Source of the DNA: Fibrobacteria bacterium
GTDB taxonomy: Bacteria > Fibrobacterota > Fibrobacteria > UBA11236
Direction: 5' to 3'
DNA: 13,660 bases
NCBI GenBank assembly: GCA_050486505.1
Contig: JBJHDK010000061.1
Location: forward strand, 1 to 13,660
Shown here: positions 1 through 8,989 of the stretch, in pieces
Layout of the letters: each line of letters starts with the position of its first letter
How positions within the stretch are numbered: the first letter of the stretch is position 1
The notes under the pieces: generated by a model
The model's database searches: none
The model's input: the letters and a program-made list of their open reading frames with translations, nothing else
What the model was told of the DNA's origin: nothing
Program-made: the position numbers and the translations under genes

Positions 1-548
1 GTGCGGGGGAACACATAGTCCGTGCCCAGCAGGTAGAACTTGCGGTATCCGCCCCCTTCTTCGCTCATCAGATACTGCGCCGCGGGAATCAGCTGCTGGT
101 TGGGTGTCGCACCGGTGTAGAAGATATTGCGCGAGCATTCTTCGCCTTCATATTGCACGGGATAGAACAACAGGCCGTTGTTCTCCTCGAACACCGGGAG
201 CACCGACTTGCGCGACACGGAGGTCCAGCAGCCGAAAACAACGGCGACCTTGTCCTGCAGCAACAGGCGCCCGGCCTGTTCCGCGAAGAGATCCCAGTCG
301 GACGCAGGATCCACGACCACTGGCTCGATCTTCTTGCCGAGAACGCCGCCCTTGGCGTTGATTTCTTCGATGGCCATCAGCACGACGTCACGGAGCGATG
401 TCTCGGAAATCGCCATCGTACCGCTCAGTGAATGCAGGATGCCGACCTTGACGGTCTCCGAGGCCTGCGGGCTCCCGGCAGTCGTCAGCCCCATGGCCAG
501 CGCCGCCGCGGGAAACAATCCTTTGCTCAACCAATTAAAACGCGTCAT
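1..548 (-). CDS. urtA: Urea ABC transporter substrate-binding protein (5' part; truncated by window edge)
   Basis: Not in the ORF track. My translation from ATG at 548 gives [92 protein letters not shown]...[49 protein letters not shown]...[11 protein letters not shown]. It has a signal peptide plus the UrtA hallmark motifs [11 protein letters not shown], GCWTSxSRK, YPVQYEG and [17 protein letters not shown] at 559-554. Confidence 0.95.
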   Translation of the reverse strand, partial: MTRFNWLSKGLFPAAALAMGLTTAGSPQASETVKVGILHSLSGTMAISETSLRDVVLMAIEEINAKGGVLGKKIEPVVVDPASDWDLFAEQAGRLLLQDKVAVVFGCWTSVSRKSVLPVFEENNGLLFYPVQYEGEECSRNIFYTGATPNQQLIPAAQYLMSEEGGGYRKFYLLGTDYVFPR

Positions 549-593
549 ACCAACTCCTTGTTCGTGGGGTGTTCCTCGTGAAGCTGGGTGTTG

Positions 594-609
594 AGCAATA
601 AGGGTGCCA
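594..609 (-). promoter_or_regulatory. sigma54 (-24/-12) promoter for urtA
   Basis: Minus strand reads TGGCAC-CCTTA-TTGCT, an exact match to TGGCAC-N5-TTGCW, about 45 bp upstream of the urtA start. Confidence 0.85.
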
Positions 610-639
610 CGTCATGCCAACACCGCGGCTCGCGTGCGT

Positions 640-655
640 TGGCTCGCTTTCTGCA
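640..655 (+). promoter_or_regulatory. Possible sigma54 promoter for the ure operon
   Basis: TGGCTC-GCTTT-CTGCA has correct GG-N10-GC spacing and two mismatches to consensus, and faces ureD. Confidence 0.45.
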
Positions 656-711
656 TACGTTCGCCGCATGCAAGCACCTCTTTCCGCGGCCCCGCAGCCG
701 TTTGGCGTCGA

Positions 712-758
712 TGCGCGCACGACATCACTGCGCAAGGACGCATGCGCAAATCCGCGCA
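712..758. promoter_or_regulatory. Candidate NtrC-like enhancer (UAS) region
   Basis: Inverted repeat GCGCA-N9-TGCGC at 715-733 has the GCA-N9-TGC geometry of NtrC boxes. TGCGCA palindromes occur at 729 and 743. The region lies about 130-170 bp upstream of the predicted urtA transcription start. Confidence 0.4.
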
Positions 759-820
759 CGGGAAAAGAATTGTCGGAGATTGTTGCGGAGTTGCCACATT
801 TGACGAACGTTGGCGGGCGA

Positions 821-1651
821 TTGTCCGAAAGTGCGCTCACCGTGCGATCGATCAACGGACGCACCAGACTTACGCGGGCTCTGGCCGTACCGCCCGTTCA
901 GCTGGTGCATCCCCGTATCGACAGCCGCTCGGCCCTGGTTTTTTCCAGCGCACTCGGCGGCGGGATGCTCGAAGGAGACGATTACCGACTCGACCTGCGC
1001 TGCGAAGCCGATGCCACCTTGATCTTCGCGCCGCAAGCCAACACCAGAATCTTCCCCTGCCCGCGGGGCATCGCCACCCGCAACGAAATTCGTGGCACGG
1101 TTTCTGCGAACGCACTCGTCGTGTGCGGCGGCGACCCGGTCGTCCTGCACGCAGGCAGCCGTTTCGTGCAGGAGCAGAACTGGCGCCTCCATGACGGAGC
1201 GCGTCTTGTCCTGTGCGACTGGATGGTCGTCGGGCGCCTGGAACGGGGAGAAGCATTCGCGTTCGACACCTTCGAGAGCACAACGCGCATCGAAGACGCG
1301 TGCGGTCGTCTGCTCCTCTCCGATCCCCTGCGGCTCGAGACTCGCGATGGCAGCGCCCGCAGCGGCATGGGAGGCTTTTCATCGCATCTCGCCCTGCACG
1401 TGGTCGGCCCAGGCTGGGAGGAAATCCTCATGGTGCTGGAGACGTGGCTGCGTTCCCGGGAAGGGAGCGCGGCCCCTGAGTGGATGCAGGATGTCCGCCT
1501 TGCGGGAATCGGCATCCGTGAAGGCAGGGGGTTCTCGTTGCGTGCGCTCGGGCGTGATCGTACCGCACTGAATCCCCTGGTCGACAGACTCTTCGCCGCC
1601 CTCGCCCATCCGCGCTGGTTGGGGTACGATTTCTGGGCGAGGAAGTATTAG
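821..1651 (+). CDS. ureD: Urease accessory protein UreD/UreH
   Basis: Motifs LGGGMLEGD, QANTRIF, DPVVLHAGSRFVQ and DWMVVGRLERGEAFAF, lying directly upstream of the urease structural genes. The ORF track starts at 614, but that would cover the promoter region. TTG at 821 (LSESALTVRSINGRT) fits the family N-terminus; TTG at 770 is an alternative. Confidence 0.9.
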   Translation: MSESALTVRSINGRTRLTRALAVPPVQLVHPRIDSRSALVFSSALGGGMLEGDDYRLDLRCEADATLIFAPQANTRIFPCPRGIATRNEIRGTVSANALVVCGGDPVVLHAGSRFVQEQNWRLHDGARLVLCDWMVVGRLERGEAFAFDTFESTTRIEDACGRLLLSDPLRLETRDGSARSGMGGFSSHLALHVVGPGWEEILMVLETWLRSREGSAAPEWMQDVRLAGIGIREGRGFSLRALGRDRTALNPLVDRLFAALAHPRWLGYDFWARKY

Positions 1652-1697
1652 GGAATGGACACTGTTCACCACGTAGCGCTGATTCCAAGGAGTCAAA

Positions 1698-2483
1698 ATG
1701 CATCTCTCTCCCCGTGACATCGACAAGCTGATGCTGCATCAGGCCGGCTTCGTCGCGCAGAAGCGCTACTGGCGCGGGCTCGCCCTCAATTATCCGGAAA
1801 CGGTCGCATTACTGAGTGCGCAACTCCTGGAGTTCATCCGTGAAGGCAAGAGTGTTCCCGAACTGATGGATCTCGGAAAGCAGATCCTGGGCCTGCGCGA
1901 CGTGATGCCGGGAATCTCCGCCATGGTCACCGAAGTGCAAGTGGAAGGCACTTTCCCCGACGGAACGAAACTCGTCACCGTGCATGACCCCATTTGTTCC
2001 GAGACGGGGGATCCAGTGTTGGCGCTGCATGGTTCGGGACTCGACCCGGCACGACGCCTCGCTCCCGAGCACGCCGGGAGCGAGACCGAAGGCCTTGCTC
2101 CCGGCGCGATCGAGGCCGCCGACACCCCGATCGTGCTCAACGCGGACAAGGAAACGATCGCGCTCGACGTGGTGAACATGGGAGATCGCCCGGTGCAGGT
2201 CGGATCACACTTTCCGTTCTTCGAAGCCAACGCGGGACTGCGCTTCGAGCGCGCCACGGCGCTGGGATTCCGCCTCGACATCCCGAGCGGCACGGCCGTG
2301 CGCTTCGAACCCGGAGAACGCAAGCACGTCAGGCTCGTGCGCATCGGCGGCGCCGGAAAGATCTACGGTGGCAGCGGGCTGATCTCGGGAGATACTACGG
2401 GCGACAATGCCCGCGACGCGGTGAAGCGCGCCGAAGCCCGTTCGTTTCAGGGTGCGTCAGAATCACGGGAGCCTTCCGCATGA
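1698..2483 (+). CDS. ureAB: Urease fused gamma-beta subunit (261 aa)
   Basis: Gamma domain ([11 protein letters not shown]...RGLALNYPE...[20 protein letters not shown]) in frame with beta domain ([10 protein letters not shown]...[16 protein letters not shown]). RBS AAGGAG at 1687-1692. Confidence 0.96.
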   Translation: MHLSPRDIDKLMLHQAGFVAQKRYWRGLALNYPETVALLSAQLLEFIREGKSVPELMDLGKQILGLRDVMPGISAMVTEVQVEGTFPDGTKLVTVHDPICSETGDPVLALHGSGLDPARRLAPEHAGSETEGLAPGAIEAADTPIVLNADKETIALDVVNMGDRPVQVGSHFPFFEANAGLRFERATALGFRLDIPSGTAVRFEPGERKHVRLVRIGGAGKIYGGSGLISGDTTGDNARDAVKRAEARSFQGASESREPSA

Positions 2484-4192
2484 GCATTGAAATCAGCCGC
2501 CGCGCCTATGGCGACATGTACGGCCCCACGACGGGAGACAGGGTCAGACTGGGTGACACCAACCTGTGGATCCGCGTCGAGGCCGACCACACCGTACCCG
2601 GAGAAGAATGCAAGTTCGGCGGAGGCAAGACCCTGCGTGACGGGATGGGCCAGCAAGCGGGAACCTCTCAAAAAAACGCGCTGGACACCTTGATCACCAA
2701 TGCCCTCGTGGTCGACTGGACCGGCGTCTACAAGGCCGACATCGGCATCAAGGACAACCGCATCCATGCGATCGGCAAGGCAGGGAACCCGGACATCATG
2801 GACAAGGTCACTCCCGGCATGATCGTGGGACCAACCACGGAAGTCATCGCCGCGGAAGGGCAGATCGTGACTGCCGGTGGCATCGACGCGCACATCCATT
2901 TCATCTGCCCGCAGCAGGCGGACGAGGCCATCGCATCCGGGCTCACCACCATGCTCGGGGGAGGAACCGGCCCCGCCACGGGAACGAACGCCACCACCTG
3001 CACCCCGGGGGCGGCGCACATCGCGATGATGCTTCGCGCGACGGAGCACTACCCCCTGAACTTCGGCTTCCTCGGCAAAGGAAACTCCTCGAAGCCCGGG
3101 GGCTTGATCGAACAGGTGGAGGCCGGCGCGATCGGATTCAAGCTGCACGAAGACTGGGGAACCACGCCCGCGGCCATCGACTGCTGCCTCTCCGTTGCGG
3201 AGAACTACGATGTCCAGGTCGCGATCCACACCGACACCCTGAACGAATCGGGCTTCGTGGAAGACAGCATCGCCGCTTTCAAGGGACGTACCATTCACAC
3301 GTTCCACACCGAGGGCGCGGGCGGCGGACACGCCCCCGACATCATTCGCGTGGTCGGGGAGCCCAACGTCTTGCCGTCCTCGACGAACCCGACGCGCCCC
3401 TATACGGTGAACACCCTCTCCGAGCACCTCGACATGCTGATGGTCTGCCATCACCTCGATCCAAACATCCCCGAAGACGTGGCGTTCGCAGAAAGCCGGA
3501 TCCGAGGCGAGACGATCGCGGCGGAAGACATCCTGCACGACATCGGGGCCATCTCGATGATGGCTTCCGACTCGCAGGCCATGGGGCGCATCGGCGAAGT
3601 GATCTGCCGCACATGGCAGACCGCGCACAAGATGAAGGAGCAGCGCGGCCCGTTGCCCGAAGACGCCGGAACCGGAGCCGACAACTTCCGAGTGCGCCGC
3701 TACATCGCGAAGTACACCATCAACCCCGCGGTGTCGCACGGCATTTCGCACGAAGTCGGATCGCTGGAACCGGGAAAGTGGGCGGACATCGTGCTCTGGC
3801 GCCCCGAATTTTTCGGCATCAGGCCGGAGATGGTCATCAAGGGAGGGTTCATCGCGCGCGCGCAAATGGGCGACCCCAACGCCTCCATCCCCACGCCCCA
3901 GCCTTCGTACTCGCGTCCGATGTTCGCCGCCCTCGGCGCGGCCGTCGGTGACGGTTCGCTGGCATTCTGTTCCTCCGCAGGGCTTTCCGCCGTGCAAGGT
4001 TACGGGCTGCGCAAGCGGGCCGTCGCGGTGAAAGGATGCCGGAGCGTGACGAAGCGCGACATGCGGCTGAACGAGGCCATGCCGAAGGTCACCGTCGACC
4101 CGGAAACCTATGCAGTGCATGCAGACGGAGAACGGTTGACCTGTGCCCCCGCGAAAACGCTCCCGCTGGCGCAACGCTATCACCTGTTCTAG
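2480..4192 (+). CDS. ureC: Urease alpha (catalytic) subunit (570 aa)
   Basis: Starts [27 protein letters not shown] at an ATGA overlap with the ureAB stop. All Ni-site motifs are intact: [55 protein letters not shown]. Ends [10 protein letters not shown]. Confidence 0.98.
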   Translation: MSIEISRRAYGDMYGPTTGDRVRLGDTNLWIRVEADHTVPGEECKFGGGKTLRDGMGQQAGTSQKNALDTLITNALVVDWTGVYKADIGIKDNRIHAIGKAGNPDIMDKVTPGMIVGPTTEVIAAEGQIVTAGGIDAHIHFICPQQADEAIASGLTTMLGGGTGPATGTNATTCTPGAAHIAMMLRATEHYPLNFGFLGKGNSSKPGGLIEQVEAGAIGFKLHEDWGTTPAAIDCCLSVAENYDVQVAIHTDTLNESGFVEDSIAAFKGRTIHTFHTEGAGGGHAPDIIRVVGEPNVLPSSTNPTRPYTVNTLSEHLDMLMVCHHLDPNIPEDVAFAESRIRGETIAAEDILHDIGAISMMASDSQAMGRIGEVICRTWQTAHKMKEQRGPLPEDAGTGADNFRVRRYIAKYTINPAVSHGISHEVGSLEPGKWADIVLWRPEFFGIRPEMVIKGGFIARAQMGDPNASIPTPQPSYSRPMFAALGAAVGDGSLAFCSSAGLSAVQGYGLRKRAVAVKGCRSVTKRDMRLNEAMPKVTVDPETYAVHADGERLTCAPAKTLPLAQRYHLF

Positions 4193-4209
4193 AGCGGACA
4201 ATACCGACC

Positions 4210-4896
4210 ATGCCCCTTCCACTTCCCGTTCTGTTCCAGATCTCCGACTCCGCGTTTCCGACGGGGGGGTTTGCGTACAGCAACGGCCTCGAGGCACTCG
4301 CGCGCGCGGGTAGATTCCCGACCATCGAGGCGCTCGAAGATTGCCTCGATGCCATGCTGCACCAGGCATCCGGGTTCGACCTTGCGTTTCTCGCGGCAGC
4401 GCATGAAGCCGAGACGAGCAATGATCCGGTCGCCTTCACCGATGCCTGCCTCGAATGGGATGCCTCGATCTGGAACGCGGGGATCAGGGCCGCGTCCCTG
4501 CGACAGGGCCGCGCGTTGATCGACGTGTTGTGTGCGACATTTCCGGGGACAGGCGTGGCCGGGCTGCGCCTGCATGCCCGGAGTGACCAGGAGCGGACGC
4601 ATTACGTCACCGCGATGGGCAGCGGCCTTGCCGCACTGGGTGCGAGTCTGGCGCAGGCGTGCGGACTCTACCTCCACGGTCTGGCGCGCGACCAGGTCAA
4701 TGCCGCCGTGCGCCTCGGGTTGACGGGTCCGAAAACGGCGCAGCAACTGCAGGCGCGCGCGCTCGAGCGCGCCATGGCGCGTCTGGGGGATGCCCCGGTG
4801 TTCCCCCGCCCTCGAGACGCAAGGCGTTCGGCACCCTTGATCGAAGCCGGACAAGGCGCGCACGTTTTCCTTTACAGCCGTCTCTTCCAGAACTGA
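4210..4896 (+). CDS. ureF: Urease accessory protein UreF (228 aa)
   Basis: N-terminal [19 protein letters not shown], internal [11 protein letters not shown] and NAAVRLG, C-terminal [14 protein letters not shown] lies 17 bp after the ureC stop. Confidence 0.93.
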   Translation: MPLPLPVLFQISDSAFPTGGFAYSNGLEALARAGRFPTIEALEDCLDAMLHQASGFDLAFLAAAHEAETSNDPVAFTDACLEWDASIWNAGIRAASLRQGRALIDVLCATFPGTGVAGLRLHARSDQERTHYVTAMGSGLAALGASLAQACGLYLHGLARDQVNAAVRLGLTGPKTAQQLQARALERAMARLGDAPVFPRPRDARRSAPLIEAGQGAHVFLYSRLFQN

Positions 4897-4925
4897 CGAT
4901 TCCATCCAGCGAACAAGGCAGGATC

Positions 4926-5723
4926 ATGAAACCACGCATTCTCAGACATCAATCGGGACACTGGCACATTCTCGCCAGTGGAGGTCCCGCCCACGACCAC
5001 AATCACACCCATGAATCCCTGGAGTCCCCCGGCGAGTTCCGTCTGCGTGAATTGACGCGCGACGACCGCGACTATGTCGCACGCGCGTTCACCATCGGCA
5101 TCGGCGGGCCCGTAGGCTCGGGAAAAACCGCATTGGTCAAGGCTTTGTGCGAGACCTTGCGTGATCAATACAGCATTGCAGTCGTGACGAATGACATTTT
5201 CACCCGTGAAGACGGTGAATTCCTGACCCGACACAAGGCGCTGCCGGCGGACCGCATCCTGGCGGTGGAAACCGGGGGGTGCCCCCATGCCGCCATCCGC
5301 GAGGACGTGTCTTCCAACCTCTACGCCTGCGAGGAGTTGATGCGGCGCTTCAACGGGGCCATCGACCTTCTCTTCGTCGAAAGCGGCGGTGACAATCTGG
5401 CTGCCCACTTCGGCCGCGAACTCGCCGACTATACCATTTACGTGATCGACGTCTCGGGAGGCGACAAGGTGCCCCGCAAAGGGGGGCCAGGCATCACGCA
5501 AAGCGACTTGTTGGTCATCAACAAGACCGATCTCGCACCGCATGTCGGCGCGGACCTTGATGTCATGCGGCGCGATGCCGCAAAAATGCGCGGTGAAGGG
5601 CCCTTTCTGTTGGCGCAGGTCAATGCCAACGACGGAATCGCCGAAATCGTCAGGCATCTGCTTGAGGCCTGGCGCAAGACGCCCGCCGGTGCACCCGAGC
5701 ACGGTACCCAAAAACGTTCCTGA
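4926..5723 (+). CDS. ureG: Urease accessory GTPase UreG with His-rich N-terminal extension (265 aa)
   Basis: P-loop [14 protein letters not shown], metal motif [32 protein letters not shown] and NKTD. Seven His in the first 29 residues. Confidence 0.96.
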   Translation: MKPRILRHQSGHWHILASGGPAHDHNHTHESLESPGEFRLRELTRDDRDYVARAFTIGIGGPVGSGKTALVKALCETLRDQYSIAVVTNDIFTREDGEFLTRHKALPADRILAVETGGCPHAAIREDVSSNLYACEELMRRFNGAIDLLFVESGGDNLAAHFGRELADYTIYVIDVSGGDKVPRKGGPGITQSDLLVINKTDLAPHVGADLDVMRRDAAKMRGEGPFLLAQVNANDGIAEIVRHLLEAWRKTPAGAPEHGTQKRS

Positions 5724-5769
5724 ACATTTCCGGAAACCCACTCACACCAAATTCCACACGGAGTCCCCC

Positions 5770-5964
5770 ATGAAACACCAAAACCGATTTCCCGCGCTTA
5801 TTGCCGTGCTGGGGCTTGCCTTCCTCACGGCAACCCCCACGCTGGCCCATCACGAAGAAAAACAAACCGGAGTCCCCCCGGGTTCCTCGGACTCCCCTGT
5901 GCCGGACATCGAAACTCCGGCTGAATTCAAGCATGACTCCTTCAAGATGGGCACCGGAGGCTGA
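5770..5964 (+). CDS. Small secreted protein (64 aa): signal peptide followed by HHEE..., unknown function
   Basis: GGAG RBS just upstream. MKHQNRFPALIAVLGLAFLTATPTLA|HHEEKQTGVPPGSSDSPVPDIETPAEFKHDSFKMGTGG has a basic n-region, hydrophobic h-region and T-L-A cleavage site. It is co-oriented, 46 bp after ureG. Confidence 0.7.
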   Translation: MKHQNRFPALIAVLGLAFLTATPTLAHHEEKQTGVPPGSSDSPVPDIETPAEFKHDSFKMGTGG

Positions 5965-6159
5965 AATGTTCACCCTCGGGATTCGATTTCTGCGACTTTC
6001 GGGCAGTTGTGCCCGTGCGGAAGTGACAATGTTGATGAACTACCTGAAAGTGTCGGTGAATGTCAACCCTGATGCCGTAAATGTCAATTTTCGTCCCTCA
6101 GAGCAAGCCTCCACCCCTTTTTTCCATGAAAATTGCTGATGTTCCGTCAAGAAAATCGG

Positions 6160-6175
6160 TGGCATGGGGATTGAT
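6160..6175 (+). promoter_or_regulatory. Probable sigma54 promoter for the porin-PII unit
   Basis: TGGCAT-GGGGA-TTGAT: strong -24 element and a variant -12 (TTGA instead of TTGC) at correct spacing, 55 bp before the ATG and preceded by an AT-rich tract. Confidence 0.55.
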
Positions 6176-6229
6176 ACCCATCGAGGACAACCACCTGCCA
6201 GGGTTCGGCAGGTTACACAAGGAGTCAGG

Positions 6230-7279
6230 ATGCGCAAGTCACTAGTTAAAGGTCTCATGGCGGGTGTGCTCGGAATGGGCATTGCCGTCGCGGAAGATGC
6301 TCCCACGGTCAGCTTCAGCGGTTATGTCGATGCGGATTTCGCATCGGAGATCAAGAGGTCGGCGATTCACACCACCGGTCTTGAAATCGACCTCACCACG
6401 ACGGTCACTTTCAATCCCAGGCTGAATGCCGTGATCTACACCACCATGACCGACGGTGTCGTTCCCGCACAGGGCGACGGCGTGTGGTGGCCCGTGGTCG
6501 CTTTCGACGGCGTCACGTTGAACTGGGAATACACCGACGGCCTCACCATCATGGTCGGTGACCTCATCGCCGGCACCGGCTACTTCGATTACTACCTCCA
6601 CAAGCGGGCTGCCATGGTCGTGGGCGAACATGCCGTGCGCGGCGTCGGTTTCGAGACCGGCGGCTTGCTGGTTCACACCGGCATGTCCGGGCCTAACAGC
6701 TGGGGCACCTTCGCTTCGTACGAGCTTGCGCTCGGAGAAGGCCTCACGCTCACTCCCTCGGCCCTCTTGAACATGGGCGACGGCGAGGTCGCCATCAACG
6801 GCGGCATCTCGTTCCTCGGCGAATTCGGCGACTTCGCGCTCAAGGCCGACTTCGGCGTGAACCATTGGGACGACTTCGATCTGGGATACTCGTTCCTGAT
6901 CGAGCCCTCATATTCCATGGGCAACTTCTCCCTGGCCGCCGCCTTGTTCTACAGCGAAAAGGGCGACAATCCCGCACCGAACATTCCGGCAACCACCCTG
7001 CCCATCGCGGGCATGAACGTGCCCTTCGACGACTTCTTCGTGTACGTCGAGCCCGGCATTTCCCTCAACGACACCTTCGCCTTCGGCCTGCCCCTCGAGT
7101 ACCACATCGAGGATCGCAGCAACGACGACAGCCATTCCATCTGGGTCGTGCCCACGCTCTACATCTACCCCGGCGCCAACGTCGAATGGTGGGTCTGGGG
7201 CCAGGTCGTGGTTCCCACCACCTCTGCCGGCGGTGATCCCCAGTTCTTCGCCGGTTCCGAAATCATCTTCAGCTTCTGA
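6230..7279 (+). CDS. Putative outer-membrane beta-barrel porin (349 aa)
   Basis: RBS AAGGAG then MRKSLVKGLMAGVLGMGIAVA|EDAPTVSFSGYVDADF (signal peptide, AVA site). Many amphipathic aromatic/Gly-rich strands, acidic composition, and a C-terminal beta-signal-like GSEIIFSF ending in Phe. Confidence 0.75.
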   Translation: MRKSLVKGLMAGVLGMGIAVAEDAPTVSFSGYVDADFASEIKRSAIHTTGLEIDLTTTVTFNPRLNAVIYTTMTDGVVPAQGDGVWWPVVAFDGVTLNWEYTDGLTIMVGDLIAGTGYFDYYLHKRAAMVVGEHAVRGVGFETGGLLVHTGMSGPNSWGTFASYELALGEGLTLTPSALLNMGDGEVAINGGISFLGEFGDFALKADFGVNHWDDFDLGYSFLIEPSYSMGNFSLAAALFYSEKGDNPAPNIPATTLPIAGMNVPFDDFFVYVEPGISLNDTFAFGLPLEYHIEDRSNDDSHSIWVVPTLYIYPGANVEWWVWGQVVVPTTSAGGDPQFFAGSEIIFSF

Positions 7280-7288
7280 GTTCACCTT

Positions 7289-7313
7289 CCCTCCCGGCCT
7301 CTGGTCGGGAGGG
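7289..7313 (+). other. GC-rich stem-loop between the porin and PII genes (no U-tract)
   Basis: CCCTCCCGGCC-TCT-GGTCGGGAGGG: 11-bp stem with one G-U pair, followed by CGGGAAAG rather than poly-T. Confidence 0.6.
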
Positions 7314-7343
7314 CGGGAAAGCTATCTTGCCCACAGTGTTTAA

Positions 7344-7703
<360 letters not shown>

Positions 7704-7729
7704 TCCCGCGACATCCACTTACGGATCAG

Positions 7730-7763
7730 AAGGCCCCCCGTACTCCGGGTGGCCTTTTTGTTT
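7730..7763 (+). terminator. Rho-independent terminator after the PII gene
   Basis: AAGGCC-C-CCCG TACTC CGGG-T-GGCCTT followed by TTTGTTT. Confidence 0.8.
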
Positions 7764-7855
7764 CTCTCCAGGCAACTTTCGGTGCATGGCCGCGTTGGTA
7801 CGCCCGTGTTTTAAATTTGGCCCCTCAATCCAACCGCAACCGCGAAGGGGCCCCC

Positions 7856-8980
7856 TTGAATCCAAGCAACCTGCTGTCCGCCGCCGAGGCACTGGAAAAC
7901 TCGGCCGCCCGCTTCGCCGCCGCTCGCTTTACCATCGGTTTCGACGGCTTCGTCGATGAAATCCTGCATGCCGTCGCAACGCGCAAGAGCAAGGACTCCT
8001 TCACGCGCATCAACACCATCCCGGAATTCTCCGACCGTGTGCGCTCTGCCGCCGGCAAGTCGGCCAACATCGAGACCGTGCCGGTGCAGGTCAAGCCAGG
8101 AGGCAACGGCCCGCTGATGTCGATGGCGGTTTCGGGAATGGGCGGCAGGGTGACATGCATCGGTTTGCTCGGCCACCCGCATGTGCTGCCCGTCTTCGAG
8201 CCCCTGGCCGAAAGGGCGGAACTCGTTTCCGTGGGAAACCCCGGCCGTACCGACGCCATCGAATTCCACGACGGCAAGCTCATGCTCGGCAAGCTCAACA
8301 CCATCTCCGAGATGTGCTGGCCAAGGCTCGTGGAAACACTGGGCGAGGCCCGCCTGCGCACCTTGCTGCTCGAGGCCGACATGGTGGCCTGCACCAACTG
8401 GACCATGCTCACGGAGATGGACGAGATCCTCGAACAAATCATCCGGCTTGTTCCGGAAAAGTCGGATGTGCGTTTTTTCTTCGACCTCGCCGATCCAGAA
8501 AAACGCGACCGTGAAGACATCGCACGCGTGCTCGACCAGATGCGCCGCCTCAACGGGAAAGCGCGCTGCATCCTGGGGCTGAACCTGCGCGAAGCGGAAC
8601 AGGTCGGCGCCATCGCGGGCGCGAAGCACTCTCCGGAGGAGGCGCCCGAAAGCGTGGAGACGTCATCGGCGGAACTGGCGGAGGCGCTGGGCCTGCACGG
8701 CGTCGTGGTGCATGCCGTGCGCTGCGCGGGCGCCATGATTGACGGCGACAGCGCCGGGATTGAAGGCCCGTACTGCGCCAACCCGAAGCTTTCGACGGGT
8801 GCAGGGGATCACTTCAACGGGGGCTTCACCAGCGGCCTGATGAGCGGACTGGGCGTTCGCGACGCCCTGTATGCGGGAGTCGGGACCTCGGGATGGTACG
8901 TGCGCAATGCACGCAGCCCAAGGCGCGCCGACGTGATCGCCTTCCTCAGGGACTGGGCGGCGGGCGGCTTGACCGACTGA
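7856..8980 (+). CDS. PfkB/ribokinase-family carbohydrate kinase
   Basis: N-terminal GFDGFVDEI, PGGNGP substrate motif, NLREA, and C-terminal anion-hole motif STGAGDHFNGGF. The start is uncertain (TTG 7856 after GAAGGGG, or TTG 7817). Confidence 0.8.
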   Translation: MNPSNLLSAAEALENSAARFAAARFTIGFDGFVDEILHAVATRKSKDSFTRINTIPEFSDRVRSAAGKSANIETVPVQVKPGGNGPLMSMAVSGMGGRVTCIGLLGHPHVLPVFEPLAERAELVSVGNPGRTDAIEFHDGKLMLGKLNTISEMCWPRLVETLGEARLRTLLLEADMVACTNWTMLTEMDEILEQIIRLVPEKSDVRFFFDLADPEKRDREDIARVLDQMRRLNGKARCILGLNLREAEQVGAIAGAKHSPEEAPESVETSSAELAEALGLHGVVVHAVRCAGAMIDGDSAGIEGPYCANPKLSTGAGDHFNGGFTSGLMSGLGVRDALYAGVGTSGWYVRNARSPRRADVIAFLRDWAAGGLTD

Positions 8981-8989
8981 CGCGCGGCC

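Noticed and set aside
770..800. Possible sigma70 promoter for ureD (TTGTCG-N19-CACATT, with TG extension)
   Set aside because: Weak match with long spacing; kept only as an alternative to the sigma54 candidate.
614..820. N-terminal extension of UreD from ATG 614
   Set aside because: No RBS and no UreD-like sequence, and it spans the divergent promoter/enhancer region.
1994..2479. 162-aa N-terminal extension of UreC in the ORF track
   Set aside because: It overlaps the real beta-domain coding frame and is an Arg-rich off-frame translation. Urease alpha homology begins at ATG 2480.
2447..4369. 640-aa antisense ORF opposite ureC
   Set aside because: Shadow ORF expected from GC-rich codon bias; no recognisable motifs.
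5801..6139. 112-aa ORF that might be a frameshifted continuation of the small secreted protein
   Set aside because: No RBS, no resemblance to UreJ/HupE or another membrane protein, and it runs through the AT-rich promoter region.
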